Position numbers and translations under genes: made by a program. The notes beneath the pieces are model-generated. The model was given only the letters and a program-made list of their open reading frames with translations, was not told the DNA's origin and did no database searches. Positions 20,286 through 29,658 of a stretch of 64,000 bases of DNA are shown one piece after another. The stretch spans positions 16,562 through 80,561 of IMG/VR virus record IMGVR_UViG_3300042154_002686, one strand, 5' to 3'. Position 1 is the stretch's first letter; every line of letters begins with the position of its first letter. The stretch comes from a virus.

Positions 20286-20925
20286 TGCGAGGCCGACCAC
20301 GGGGGCGGGGGGGGAGGGGGGGCTCTTCATCTGCCTCATCATTTGTATCTCTGTTTGCGTTTACTTTCTTCCACGCTTTAGCATATGCTTTGCATGCCTC
20401 CTCTGACCTCATGTACTGTGATGGTGTGAGGTTAAACAGTTGCTGTATACGCTTGACCTTCTTGGACACGAACTGTCTACTACATCCCTTGATGCGTGAT
20501 AGTTCTGTCTCTGTGGGTGGGTCGCCCATGCCAAATGCTATGAGGATACAGCGGGCTTGGAATAGCACCTCTGGGGACTCGGATAACTGCATCGCCATAA
20601 CGACCCTTCTGACGATGGTCTCCACATCGTCTTGGTCAAACATGCGTTTCGGGGCGGGAGGGGGTTCGTCAAAAGCGTTGTCTTCCGTGAAGCCAAAAGC
20701 GGTGTGATTTGGCTGAACCTCAAAAATGTAGTTAGAATCCAGAGTGCCTTGGGGGTTCATCGGCTCTGGAAGGCCGATTTTTTGCTCTTTTGAGAGCGTA
20801 TTGTACCACTTGCTGTAAACATCATCGCCATTTTCACCACTTGAAGATTTTGCGTTTTGCGAAAAATCGTTTTCCGACATAGCATTGTCCTTCAAATGCT
20901 TGGGGTGAAATTGTCGTTGTTTCAT
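20281..20925 (-). CDS. Sigma-70 region 4-like HTH transcription regulator
   Basis: C-terminal PTETELSRIKGCSRQFVSKKVKRI HTH; AT-hook-like RPRGRPRK tail. Confidence 0.55.
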   Translation of the reverse strand: MKQRQFHPKHLKDNAMSENDFSQNAKSSSGENGDDVYSKWYNTLSKEQKIGLPEPMNPQGTLDSNYIFEVQPNHTAFGFTEDNAFDEPPPAPKRMFDQDDVETIVRRVVMAMQLSESPEVLFQARCILIAFGMGDPPTETELSRIKGCSRQFVSKKVKRIQQLFNLTPSQYMRSEEACKAYAKAWKKVNANRDTNDEADEEPPLPPRPRGRPRK

Positions 20926-21104
20926 TTTTATGGGCTTGACATGCTTGGTACGCAAGCATATATATAGATATATAATACGGAAGTCAAGCAAGAATGAAGC
21001 CTTTCGGCTTCCTTTCTCTTTGAGTTTCAAATCTTTGCAAATCTTTTGAAATATTATCAAAAGTTGTGTTCATTTCTGTTTGCTTGGTCTAGGATTGAAA
21101 TGGA

Positions 21105-23135
21105 TTAGCGTCTATACTTCACCCCGACCCAGCATTGAGAGCGATTGTCCCATATGATGATGGGATTGGACGAGGACAGTCGGATAAGGTGAGCGACCAC
21201 ATCCACAGCCGTAGCCATACCAACCCTCATCCTCTCCATCGTTAGAGCCACCAGAGGGCTCTGGATGGGGTCTGCGAGGTGTTGGGTGGGCTCTATGTCC
21301 ACCATCTTGTTGAGGTCAGCCAAAGAGAAGTTAGCCATGGTGTTCTCGTCATTGAGTTCCCACAGGATACGACCCTCGGCATGTCTAAGATTGAGCATGA
21401 CGGTGGACTTCCCGTCCTTGTCCTTAAGGCCAGCCCGCTTGCCACGCTTGGTCAGCACCAGTTCAAAGAATGGCTTCATCTTGTCGGTTCTCCGAAGCAC
21501 GGCAACCTCTCGACTCCAGTTTACTAACTCAGAACTTCCCAGACCGCTGTATGCGAGGTCAGAGATGGAGGCCGCTGATGCGTCCTCCTTTGCTTTTGGT
21601 TTGCCAGTGTGGTGAAGCCAAATCCAGACGACCTTGGTTTCAAGGAGGACGGGCTGAATCCAGTTGCGGAGGAACTGAGACGCATACGCTTGGTTAGACA
21701 CATCCCCACCTGCGAAGGAGAGGAGAGGGTCTGCGAAGAAGAAGTCTGCATTGTTATGGACGATGAGTTTGCGGGCTTGCTTCACAAACGCTTCCCCAAC
21801 CTTGACGGACTCACGATAGAACTTTATATTTGAACGAAGTAGAGTCTTCTCTTCATCACTCAAGTCCATGGAGCCGACAATGCCCTTGAAGGCTTCGGCC
21901 AAGTCTCCCGTATCGTTCTCCGCTTGCATCACGATGCACTTGAACGGACGGGTGACCTCAATGGAGAAGAAGGGACGACCGATTGCCAGCATGATTGCCA
22001 TTTGCATCAAGAAGGACGACTTGCCGATACCCGACTGACCGATGATGGACAGAGAGCCCCCTTGACATAGCCAACGGTTTCCCAATACGGTAGTGGGGTC
22101 GTTCTCCGTATTGTAGTTCTCCAAGTCATCTACGGTGATTTCGTCTGGGACTTCACTGGACTCAAGATAAGAGACCCAGTTGTCCCAAGAGTCAGCCCCG
22201 ACATTGAGAGCCACAATCCTCTGCTCCTTCTCGCCACGATACACGCCACCGAGACGAGACCAGCGAGAGGGGTTCTTGGTCATCTCGTCTGGTTCGTAGT
22301 CGGAGAGGTAGTCGAACACCGCCTGTCTGCGGAGTCGCCATTCATTTGAGTCCTTGGCATCGACACGCACCCAAGCATGCAGGGACTTGCCTCCCGAGTC
22401 GATGATTGCACCGATGGGGAGGTTGGACTGTTTGAAGATTGCGAACTGCTCCTCCTTTGGGCGAGTGTCGAACTCGACAAGGACATAGCGATGGATTGAG
22501 ACAGAGTCGTCTCGACCAGAGTAGTCACCCTCAAGGATTGGGTTGATGCGGATGTACGCACCTTGTGGCTTGTTCTTATAAAGTTCGTTGTCGGACGGAG
22601 ACGAGCCGAAGTAACGGTCAAGCCACCATTGGACGGTTTGGAATGTTCCCTTGGAGGCGGGGAACCAGCGACCATCTTCATCCTGCCCTGCCTCGTTAGT
22701 AATGCAGACAATCTCCTCTGGCTTGAAGCAGTTGAGGAGCAGTTGCTCTGTCGTGAAGGACTCCGTCTCGGGGACATGACGAGCGTTAGCCAGATTGACC
22801 TTGAACTTGCCAGATTGAGTAACGGTCTGGCTCGGGAGCATCCTGCGAGGCTCAAGGTTTGCATTGTCATCCAGCATCCAGCCACGGGGCTTGGAGTGGG
22901 GGGTGTTGTATGCGTCCTTAATCTTATGCTTCAACTCACGGTCACTCCAAGGAGGGGTGCACTTGAGATTGTAAGCAGACATAAGAGCAGTCGTCTCAAC
23001 CTCTGCCAGATTAAAGCCGTGTGCTAACGCAACGGCTAAAGCAAAGGTTTGAGAGTGACCGCCCGAACCAGCGATTGCTGGTGGCATGGCGGAAGCATAT
23101 CGACTTGCCCGCTCATAAGGAGATAGTGGTGGCAT
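21105..23135 (-). CDS. Primase-helicase (primase + RepA/AAA_25 ATPase)
   Basis: LVEFD and DSGGKSLHAW primase motifs; GQSGIGKS Walker A; WLHHTGK; GSSELVNWSR. Confidence 0.85.
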   Translation of the reverse strand: MPPLSPYERASRYASAMPPAIAGSGGHSQTFALAVALAHGFNLAEVETTALMSAYNLKCTPPWSDRELKHKIKDAYNTPHSKPRGWMLDDNANLEPRRMLPSQTVTQSGKFKVNLANARHVPETESFTTEQLLLNCFKPEEIVCITNEAGQDEDGRWFPASKGTFQTVQWWLDRYFGSSPSDNELYKNKPQGAYIRINPILEGDYSGRDDSVSIHRYVLVEFDTRPKEEQFAIFKQSNLPIGAIIDSGGKSLHAWVRVDAKDSNEWRLRRQAVFDYLSDYEPDEMTKNPSRWSRLGGVYRGEKEQRIVALNVGADSWDNWVSYLESSEVPDEITVDDLENYNTENDPTTVLGNRWLCQGGSLSIIGQSGIGKSSFLMQMAIMLAIGRPFFSIEVTRPFKCIVMQAENDTGDLAEAFKGIVGSMDLSDEEKTLLRSNIKFYRESVKVGEAFVKQARKLIVHNNADFFFADPLLSFAGGDVSNQAYASQFLRNWIQPVLLETKVVWIWLHHTGKPKAKEDASAASISDLAYSGLGSSELVNWSREVAVLRRTDKMKPFFELVLTKRGKRAGLKDKDGKSTVMLNLRHAEGRILWELNDENTMANFSLADLNKMVDIEPTQHLADPIQSPLVALTMERMRVGMATAVDVVAHLIRLSSSNPIIIWDNRSQCWVGVKYRR

Positions 23136-23191
23136 TTTTGTGGTGTCCGCACATAATGCCCAACCACTTCCTTAAGTCAAGACAGAAACAC

Positions 23192-23668
23192 TTACAGGAA
23201 CAAGTCTCTGCTGTCTTCCTTCGCCTTAGCCTCACGCTGACGCTTCATCTTGCAAGCGAATAGCGAAGAGTCAGAAACCGCATCATTAAACAGTTTCCGA
23301 GACCACCGCCAAGCAGACTTTGTAAACGCAGGGGGAAGGTTGTATCTCAGCCCCCAAAGACTAATGCTGTCAGACTTTTCTTTATAGAATAAGGCATCAT
23401 CAATAGACTGCTTATCAACCCACTTGTAGACTCCGACCCAAACATTAACTTCATTCAGTTCAATGTTCTTAAATACAATAACGACCTTTACCGTGTCTTC
23501 GGTAAAGTCGGTTGTAATTCTGGCTTCATACATTTCGCCAGACTCTTCATCTTGACCTCTAAGAACCTTAAGTCCTTCTTCATCAAGGTGAAACAAATCC
23601 CAGCCATGCGGATTGCGTTCCTGTTCAACGGGGTCACGCTCAGAGTGATGTTCAAAAGGGTCGGTCAT
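23192..23668 (-). CDS. Hypothetical protein
   Basis: Likely start MTDPF, overlapping the upstream stop. Confidence 0.5.
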   Translation of the reverse strand: MTDPFEHHSERDPVEQERNPHGWDLFHLDEEGLKVLRGQDEESGEMYEARITTDFTEDTVKVVIVFKNIELNEVNVWVGVYKWVDKQSIDDALFYKEKSDSISLWGLRYNLPPAFTKSAWRWSRKLFNDAVSDSSLFACKMKRQREAKAKEDSRDLFL

Positions 23669-24023
23669 CTTCAGACGACTCCTTTCTTGCTTGGAATGTC
23701 TTCTTTTGTGGATAAGAAGGAGAGCCGCCCTCTGCGTTCTTCTTGGCTTTCCATTCTTGGTAGTCGGCCTCCTTAATGGCTTCAGCGGTAATGCTGTCAT
23801 CCGCACCATTGTAAACAAGTTGGTCTGGGGAAACCCAGATTTTCTCGCCTGTTTCGTGCTCTCCGTTGTATTCAACGGTTATGGCCTTGATGCCAAACTT
23901 GGTTTGGATGCCAGCCTTGATGACCAGAACCGTCTTTCCCGTAAACTTACCGCTTTTAACGGTGCAGATGTTCGAGAAAGCGAGGTCGTGGAGGGACTCG
24001 TTTTCGTTTTCGTATTCGCTCAT
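23652..24023 (-). CDS. Hypothetical protein with SSB-like acidic tail (EDDRPF)
   Basis: C-terminal DDRPF; in replication module. Confidence 0.45.
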   Translation of the reverse strand: MSEYENENESLHDLAFSNICTVKSGKFTGKTVLVIKAGIQTKFGIKAITVEYNGEHETGEKIWVSPDQLVYNGADDSITAEAIKEADYQEWKAKKNAEGGSPSYPQKKTFQARKESSEDDRPF

Positions 24024-24093
24024 ATTATTGGTTGTGCAGGGTCATGTATGCAGGTTTCCCCGCCCTTTGCAAGAAGAAAGAAGCAATTGACAG

Positions 24094-25917
24094 TTATGAC
24101 CCAATGTAGTACCCGCCATTGCCGTCAGCCACATAGAGTGTGACTATGGTCGTGCCAGTCGCATCGTCATAATATTCATTCATAACGATAACTCGGCCAG
24201 ACTCGAAATATGTTTGGTTCAATACGCTGTCATAGACCCCGCAACTTCCGTCTGCGTATTCAACATACTCTTCGTCACCATGCCAATATAAGTTTCCGAG
24301 TTCTGAAATAAAAATCTGCATCTCTCTAAACCCACTGTTGCCTGTCGGCAGTCCACTTTCTGGACACGGCTCGCTATAACTCCAGTAGCACCCGTCATAT
24401 GTCCAGCCAGTCTCTCCGCTGTGAAGCGTGGAGTCTTCGCAATCGCCACCGCAGTTTCCATTTCCCTCTGAATAGTATCCGCAACTTCCGTCATGGTAGT
24501 AATTATTGCACTCGTCATCGTATGCAAACTGTCCAGACGGGGGGCAACCGCCCCCAGTGTACTCCCCTTGATAGAATGAGCCAACTCCATCTGAGTAGTA
24601 GTTGTAATCGTTGCAGTTGCCGACTAACTGCCCAGATGAGTAATAATTGTTTCCGCTTTCAGAATAACTTCCGCAATTTCCGTCAGCGTAAACATTGTAT
24701 GTGCTCTGTCCGACTATCCAACTGCCAGAGCATGGATTGCTTACATATATATCAGAACTGCTTGACTCATACGATGTTCCTGCTGAGTCACAGGCGGGTA
24801 TTTCAACGGTGTAGTAACTTCCAGCACCGTCAGAGTAATAGTTGTAGTTTTCGTTAGAACCGTATGATGTTCCTTCTGGGGTATAATTCCACTCAGACCA
24901 TTCACCGAATGTTTCATTGGCAAACTTTTCTCTTGTTCTTGTTCGGCTAACAACTTCTGTCCATCCAAGATTTAACTTTGTCTCTTCGCCTTCGTATCCA
25001 ATAAGTTTTGCAACTGGGTACACATACCCAATTCCGTCTGAATAGAAATTAAACATCTCGTCATCCGTAACAAATGTATCAACTGGAATATATTCTGTCC
25101 CTGTTGTCTCTTCTGTTGTTCCGCAGTTGCCGTCAGCAACAACATTGAATGTTCTTGTTCCAATCTGATATTCTTGTCCAGAGATTGTCACCATGATTGG
25201 TGAACTGTTTGCTTGGTCTAGGATTGTTCCAGAAGGGTCGCAGGTTTCGTCTGGAACATGGTCTTCGTAGTATCCGCCCTCTCCGTCAGAGTAATAGTTG
25301 TAGTTGCCCTGTGAGCCGAGCAGTTCTCCCGATGGCACGAAGGTAAGAGCCGTGTTTGGCTGTGTAGTGCCACAGTCTCCATCAGCAACGATATTATATG
25401 TTGCGTTACCAACGATGTAGTAGACTCCGTTGATGTGGATGCCGAAGTCTGCGTTGAGACCAGTTTGCAGTATTGTGCCAAGAAGCGGGCACGGACCAAA
25501 CCCGATGTTCTGTACTGTCGTAAAGGTCATCCCCTTGCTTCCTCCGCTGGTCAAGCCAGTGCTTGAGATGGGGGGTGCGGGTGGTGGTAGTATAACATTG
25601 TCAGTCCACTGGGCTGGGTGAGAGGCTGGCGTGTAGCCAGCCGCACCGATGAAGTTGATGAGTTGATAGACTTTCCCTTGGAACCGAACCTTTGCTCCAG
25701 TTCCATATGTCGTTCCATTGTCGTATTCTGGGACGGCCTCACTGCCGTCTCTCAATGACCAACTCTTCCTTGCTGACGGATACAGGAAAGCCACCCCGTC
25801 TGTCACGATTGCCTTATAAGCATCTCTGGCTTCAGCCATGGTAATGAACTGCTTTGCATAGCCACTCCCGTCCGCATTGACTACGATAATGAGAGTATGG
25901 TCTGGCCTGTAAGACAT
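24094..25917 (-). CDS. Virion protein: shared N-terminal domain, CBM5/12-like module and Cys/Gly/Tyr repeats
   Basis: YDNGTTYGTGAKVRFQGKVY...W module; about 6 (A/H)DG.(C/G)G and about 4 YSDG.G repeats. Confidence 0.65.
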   Translation of the reverse strand: MSYRPDHTLIIVVNADGSGYAKQFITMAEARDAYKAIVTDGVAFLYPSARKSWSLRDGSEAVPEYDNGTTYGTGAKVRFQGKVYQLINFIGAAGYTPASHPAQWTDNVILPPPAPPISSTGLTSGGSKGMTFTTVQNIGFGPCPLLGTILQTGLNADFGIHINGVYYIVGNATYNIVADGDCGTTQPNTALTFVPSGELLGSQGNYNYYSDGEGGYYEDHVPDETCDPSGTILDQANSSPIMVTISGQEYQIGTRTFNVVADGNCGTTEETTGTEYIPVDTFVTDDEMFNFYSDGIGYVYPVAKLIGYEGEETKLNLGWTEVVSRTRTREKFANETFGEWSEWNYTPEGTSYGSNENYNYYSDGAGSYYTVEIPACDSAGTSYESSSSDIYVSNPCSGSWIVGQSTYNVYADGNCGSYSESGNNYYSSGQLVGNCNDYNYYSDGVGSFYQGEYTGGGCPPSGQFAYDDECNNYYHDGSCGYYSEGNGNCGGDCEDSTLHSGETGWTYDGCYWSYSEPCPESGLPTGNSGFREMQIFISELGNLYWHGDEEYVEYADGSCGVYDSVLNQTYFESGRVIVMNEYYDDATGTTIVTLYVADGNGGYYIGS

Positions 25918-26117
25918 TATAATGTGACTTCTACTGGTGACGGATTGTCTACTGACGACTTTCTCTTGGTTGGAATAAAGTACATGTATGCGTCCTTGCC
26001 ATCCGCAAGGGCTTGTCTGTATTCAAGGACACATTCCGTTGAGTCCTCAAACTGCTTCACCTTTATGGTGTCGTCAAGGTTTACTATAATTAAAGTAGAA
26101 TACTTTTTGATGTACAT
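25917..26117 (-). CDS. Small protein of the shared N-terminal domain family
   Basis: YSTLIIVNLDD...DGKDAYMYFIPTKRK; start MYIKK. Confidence 0.6.
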   Translation of the reverse strand: MYIKKYSTLIIVNLDDTIKVKQFEDSTECVLEYRQALADGKDAYMYFIPTKRKSSVDNPSPVEVTL

Positions 26118-26312
26118 GGACAAGGTGGCTATCGCCACCTTTGTTGAGTGTCTACCGTCATTGTTTCTTTCTCAAACGCTTCCGTTCTTATGAAATAAGT
26201 AAAAATATTATTGATGTATTTGTTTTTAGAGTCTTCGGGTAGGTGCGAAGCACGGTCGATTTCGGAAAATAGTGCTCGCATCGGATACCCCCTGCCGTAG
26301 TGTCATGGAGCA

Positions 26313-26471
26313 ATGCGATACAACATCCGAAAGGGCGAAGGTTACATCCACTACATCATCGACACCCGCACCGACCGCAGGGTCAAGTTGGTCTATGGCT
26401 GGGAGATGGCTCTGAAGGTCTGCCGAGAATACAACCTCTTCTGGGCTGAGTTCAAGAAGACCAACTCGTAA
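26313..26471 (+). CDS. Cassette small protein (52 aa)
   Basis: MRYNIRKGEG...; ATG 76 nt after heptamer; terminator follows. Confidence 0.7.
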   Translation: MRYNIRKGEGYIHYIIDTRTDRRVKLVYGWEMALKVCREYNLFWAEFKKTNS

Positions 26472-26605
26472 GAACTAACGAGCCCCCACGGGGGCTCTTT
26501 TTTTTGACCTGCGAGGTAGGCCGTTGAGGGCATCAAATTGATATTGCACATGACCCCTCTCGCCCTCACTCTCATCTTATCAGCAACCCGCCACCCCTCC
26601 CGCAC

Positions 26606-26740
26606 ATGACCATCCTCGCCCTCGCCCTCGCCCTCGCTTACGCCCTCGCCCTCGGCTGGCTTCTCCGTAAGATGAAGACCACCCCTGCCCTCCGCTCCGA
26701 CCGCTCCGACCGAGTGACCATCTTCGGAGACAACCGCTAA
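26606..26740 (+). CDS. Membrane peptide (44 aa) with (CTCGCC)n Leu-Ala repeat
   Basis: MTILALALALAYALALGWLLRK... Confidence 0.55.
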   Translation: MTILALALALAYALALGWLLRKMKTTPALRSDRSDRVTIFGDNR

Positions 26741-26774
26741 CCCCTCTCACCCACCCACCCACCCACCCACGCAC

Positions 26775-26969
26775 ATGACCCACGCCACCGCCACCGCCAC
26801 CGTTAAGACCGACTGGGACTCCCTCCCCCTCGGTGAAGACCTCTCCCACCTGTGCGGAGGTCGTAACAAGCACAAGACCGCCACCGAGGTGACCGACCTC
26901 GCCCCCTCGGGCGATGGCTGGAACATCCCCACCGCCTCGGCCATCCTCTCCGACCCCACCCTCGGCTAA
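26775..26969 (+). CDS. Cassette small protein, paralog of 31007-31207
   Basis: Shared KTDWD.LPLGE.LSHLCGGRNKH. Confidence 0.75.
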   Translation: MTHATATATVKTDWDSLPLGEDLSHLCGGRNKHKTATEVTDLAPSGDGWNIPTASAILSDPTLG

Positions 26970-27012
26970 CCACCGAGGCAACCCCTCCAACCCCTCCAAC
27001 CCTCCCACGCAC

Positions 27013-27231
27013 ATGACCACCGCCACCGCCCTCCCCGCCCTCCCGCCCGTCCTCCGCATCTCCCGCCCGACTCCTCTGACCACCGTCTGGTCTTATCTGG
27101 CCTCTGTCTCGGACGGAGACCGCATCGTCTTCCCCTGCGGTCTGCGGGTGACGGTCTCCGTCCGCAACCGCATGACCCTCGCCCTCATCATGGCGAAGCG
27201 AGGTCTCCGAGGCACGAAGCGAAACAGGTGA
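27013..27231 (+). CDS. Cassette small protein
   Basis: CCCACGCAC-ATG leader shared with the upstream gene. Confidence 0.65.
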   Translation: MTTATALPALPPVLRISRPTPLTTVWSYLASVSDGDRIVFPCGLRVTVSVRNRMTLALIMAKRGLRGTKRNR

Positions 27232-27260
27232 ACGCCTGTTCACGGTGAACGAAAGTTCAC
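27228..27260. promoter_or_regulatory. Tandem TGAAC-N4-GTTCA operator-like palindromes
   Basis: GTGAACgcctGTTCAC g GTGAACgaaaGTTCAC. Confidence 0.7.
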
Positions 27261-27343
27261 TCTGCGGTAGGTGCGGCGGTGCGTAAATTTCGCCACCGAA
27301 TTGTATCGCACAATGCGACCACATCGCCATGTTCATAGATGCC

Positions 27344-27484
27344 ATGAAGAAGCCCCCCCAGCCCAAGAAGCCCAAGACCGCCAAGACCACCAAGCCCCTC
27401 ACGGGCAAGGAACTCGCCAAGGAGGTGAACAAGTATCAAGGACTCGCCCGAGTCTCTCGGATGCTCGGCAACCTCTGGTCGTAA
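27344..27484 (+). CDS. Cassette basic peptide (46 aa)
   Basis: MKKPPQPKKPK...; ATG 79 nt after heptamer. Confidence 0.7.
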   Translation: MKKPPQPKKPKTAKTTKPLTGKELAKEVNKYQGLARVSRMLGNLWS

Positions 27485-27617
27485 GAACTACGGAGCCCCT
27501 GCGGGGGCTCCCTTTTTCGCAATGCGGTAGGTCGGTTAATTGACCGAAATCAGTCGAATTATTTTCTGGTATCAGACCGTCAAATCGCTACATTCATCTT
27601 CGCACCCAATAAACGCC

Positions 27618-27854
27618 ATGTCTCATAAACTCAATGTCCTCACCCTCGCCCGCACGAACGCCCTCGCCCGCATCCGCAATGTTGGCGACAACATCGCTGA
27701 TGCCAAGGAGAACCTTCGCCTCTCCGTCCTCAACCACGGAACTGGAAGCAAGGCGTGGAACTTCTGGAAGTCCGAACTCGCTCGCCATGACAGCGAGTGG
27801 ACTGAAGTCTGCAACGAACTGCGGGAAATCGACTGGGAACTCGGAAACAAGTAA
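27618..27854 (+). CDS. Cassette small protein
   Basis: MSHKLNVL...; fills unit up to terminator. Confidence 0.7.
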   Translation: MSHKLNVLTLARTNALARIRNVGDNIADAKENLRLSVLNHGTGSKAWNFWKSELARHDSEWTEVCNELREIDWELGNK

Positions 27855-27973
27855 GACGAAACGGGGAGCGAGTGCTCCCCTTTTTTGTGCCCCGAGGGTA
27901 GGCCGACCAGTGCGTAGATTTCGACAAAGATTTTGGTTTACTCGGACGATGGTTCAACTACTGTGATGGTCTC

Positions 27974-28141
27974 ATGCAACCCGCTCCCCTGCCCGACCTC
28001 ACTTACCTCTACATGCTCTCCGTTGAACTTGGAGACATTGCCCAATACTGCGACCGTGGTTCGCCCGAAGACCTCGCTTATCAGAAGGCGAAGCAAGACT
28101 ACCTCGATGCGGTCTTCATGGGCGAAGACGAAGAGGGCTAA
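27974..28141 (+). CDS. Cassette small acidic protein (55 aa)
   Basis: MQPAPLPDL...; ATG 78 nt after heptamer. Confidence 0.7.
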   Translation: MQPAPLPDLTYLYMLSVELGDIAQYCDRGSPEDLAYQKAKQDYLDAVFMGEDEEG

Positions 28142-28286
28142 AGCCCCCGCCCGAAAGGAGTGAGAGACCCCAAGCGGGTCTCTCTTTTTCGCTCTGCGGA
28201 TAGGCCGACCAATTGACCGAAATCAGTCGCACTTTGTTCTGGTATCCTGTCGGGTTTGTGCTACTGTGTCCTTGTTCCCAATACCC

Positions 28287-28487
28287 ATGATTACTAATGA
28301 CCATACCGCCATCTGCTCCCGATACGCCCACCTCGGTGACGCAGTCTGCTTTCGTCTCACCGCCATCGCCCGCACGATGCTCGTCATGCAGGGGCGACTT
28401 GCTCGCCTCGATAAGCGAGCGGGGGCTATGGCCGAACTTGCCCGATGCCGAGCCATGTGGTTCGAACTGACGGGGGAGAGGGTTTAA
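28287..28487 (+). CDS. Cassette small protein
   Basis: MITNDHTAICS...; fills unit. Confidence 0.65.
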   Translation: MITNDHTAICSRYAHLGDAVCFRLTAIARTMLVMQGRLARLDKRAGAMAELARCRAMWFELTGERV

Positions 28488-28612
28488 GACTCTCGCCCAG
28501 TTAGAACAGAAACGGAACCCATCGGGTTCCTTTTTTGTTCCCTGCGGGTAGGTCGCTACAACCGCCATTTTGCTCTCGACTTGGCCGATGCTTCTGCCAC
28601 TCTGTTGGTCTT

Positions 28613-28798
28613 ATGACCTCCTCCTCCTCCCGCTCGCTGGCCCTCGCCCTCGCCTCGCACGAGGCCCACCTGCTCGACCTCGCCCTTCGCAGGGCCGAGT
28701 GCGTAGCCATGGGCCTCAATCCCGAGGACTATGTCCCCGCTGACCCCGTCTTTGACGAGGAGGACTATCGTCCCATCGTGCGGAAACGCTACGGGTGA
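28613..28798 (+). CDS. Cassette small protein
   Basis: MTSSSSRSLAL...; stop overlaps operator. Confidence 0.7.
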   Translation: MTSSSSRSLALALASHEAHLLDLALRRAECVAMGLNPEDYVPADPVFDEEDYRPIVRKRYG

Positions 28799-28828
28799 AC
28801 GCCCGTTCACTGGTGAACATTTGTTCAC
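28795..28828. promoter_or_regulatory. Tandem TGAAC-N4-GTTCA operator-like palindromes
   Basis: GTGAACgcccGTTCAC tg GTGAACatttGTTCAC. Confidence 0.7.
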
Positions 28829-28912
28829 TTCGTGGGTAGGCTGGCTCCTGCGTAAAATTGGGCAACGATTTGTATCGACCCAAGCCAAGGAATGACCACA
28901 TTCATCTGTGCC

Positions 28913-29110
28913 ATGAAGAACGCATCCCTCCTCCCCCGCAACGCTCACCTCGCCATCAAGGAAGCCATCCTCGATGCTAAGGAAGCAAGGAACGAACTCA
29001 ACCGCCTCGGCTCCCGCTACCACGGAATGTCCGAGAAGGTCGAAGAGCCCATCAAGAGCCTCGAAACCCTCATCGCCCGCCTCGAAGCGGTTCTCCCCAA
29101 GGCCGAGTGA
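28913..29110 (+). CDS. Cassette small protein
   Basis: MKNASLLP...; ATG 79 nt after heptamer. Confidence 0.7.
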   Translation: MKNASLLPRNAHLAIKEAILDAKEARNELNRLGSRYHGMSEKVEEPIKSLETLIARLEAVLPKAE

Positions 29111-29242
29111 GGCCGAGGGTAAGAACCAGCGAGACCCCGAGTGGGGTCTCTTTTTTGGTCTGCGGGTAGGTCAGTTTGTGCATAGATTTAGACAAATAAT
29201 TTCATCGACTATGAGCATCGGATAGCCACATTCACCTCTGCC

Positions 29243-29518
29243 ATGACGCACTCCTCCTCCCCCGCCTCGCCCGTGTTCCTCGTCACCGTTCAGTCCGTAG
29301 AATACTACGGTGAACGCTACTACAAGTTCAAGGGCGGGTTCAATGTCCTCGTCTCCACGGACAAGGACGCTACGGCCTTCGGCCTCGTCCTCGAATACCT
29401 TGTGGCGAACAAACTCGCCTCGGGCTACTACCCGAAGCATGCCGAGCGGTTCGAGACCGAGGCAGATGCCCTCGCCACCCTCGACCCCGAATGGGAGACG
29501 GTCAGAGTCCGCCTCTGA
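29243..29518 (+). CDS. Cassette small protein
   Basis: MTHSSSPA...EYYGERYYKFKGG; ATG 79 nt after heptamer. Confidence 0.75.
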   Translation: MTHSSSPASPVFLVTVQSVEYYGERYYKFKGGFNVLVSTDKDATAFGLVLEYLVANKLASGYYPKHAERFETEADALATLDPEWETVRVRL

Positions 29519-29527
29519 GCGGAACAG

Positions 29528-29561
29528 GTGAACGGGTGTTCAGTAATGAACACTTGTTCAC
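29528..29561. promoter_or_regulatory. Tandem TGAAC-N4-GTTCA operator-like palindromes
   Basis: GTGAACgggtGTTCAG taa TGAACacttGTTCAC. Confidence 0.7.
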
Positions 29562-29658
29562 TTCGTGGGTAGGCCGACTGGTGCTTAGATTTCGCCACCG
29601 AATTATCTCGATTTTTTTAAAACGACCCCCATAGTAATGGATGCATCAAGCAACCCAC

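Noticed and set aside
780-25621. Plus-strand ORFs over the structural region (e.g. 12046-12786, 10371-10922)
   Set aside because: Shadows of Lys/Glu-rich minus-strand genes
24094-25917. Diversity-generating retroelement target
   Set aside because: Repeats are diverged at protein level, no adenine-specific template/variable repeat pair was seen, and there is no reverse transcriptase
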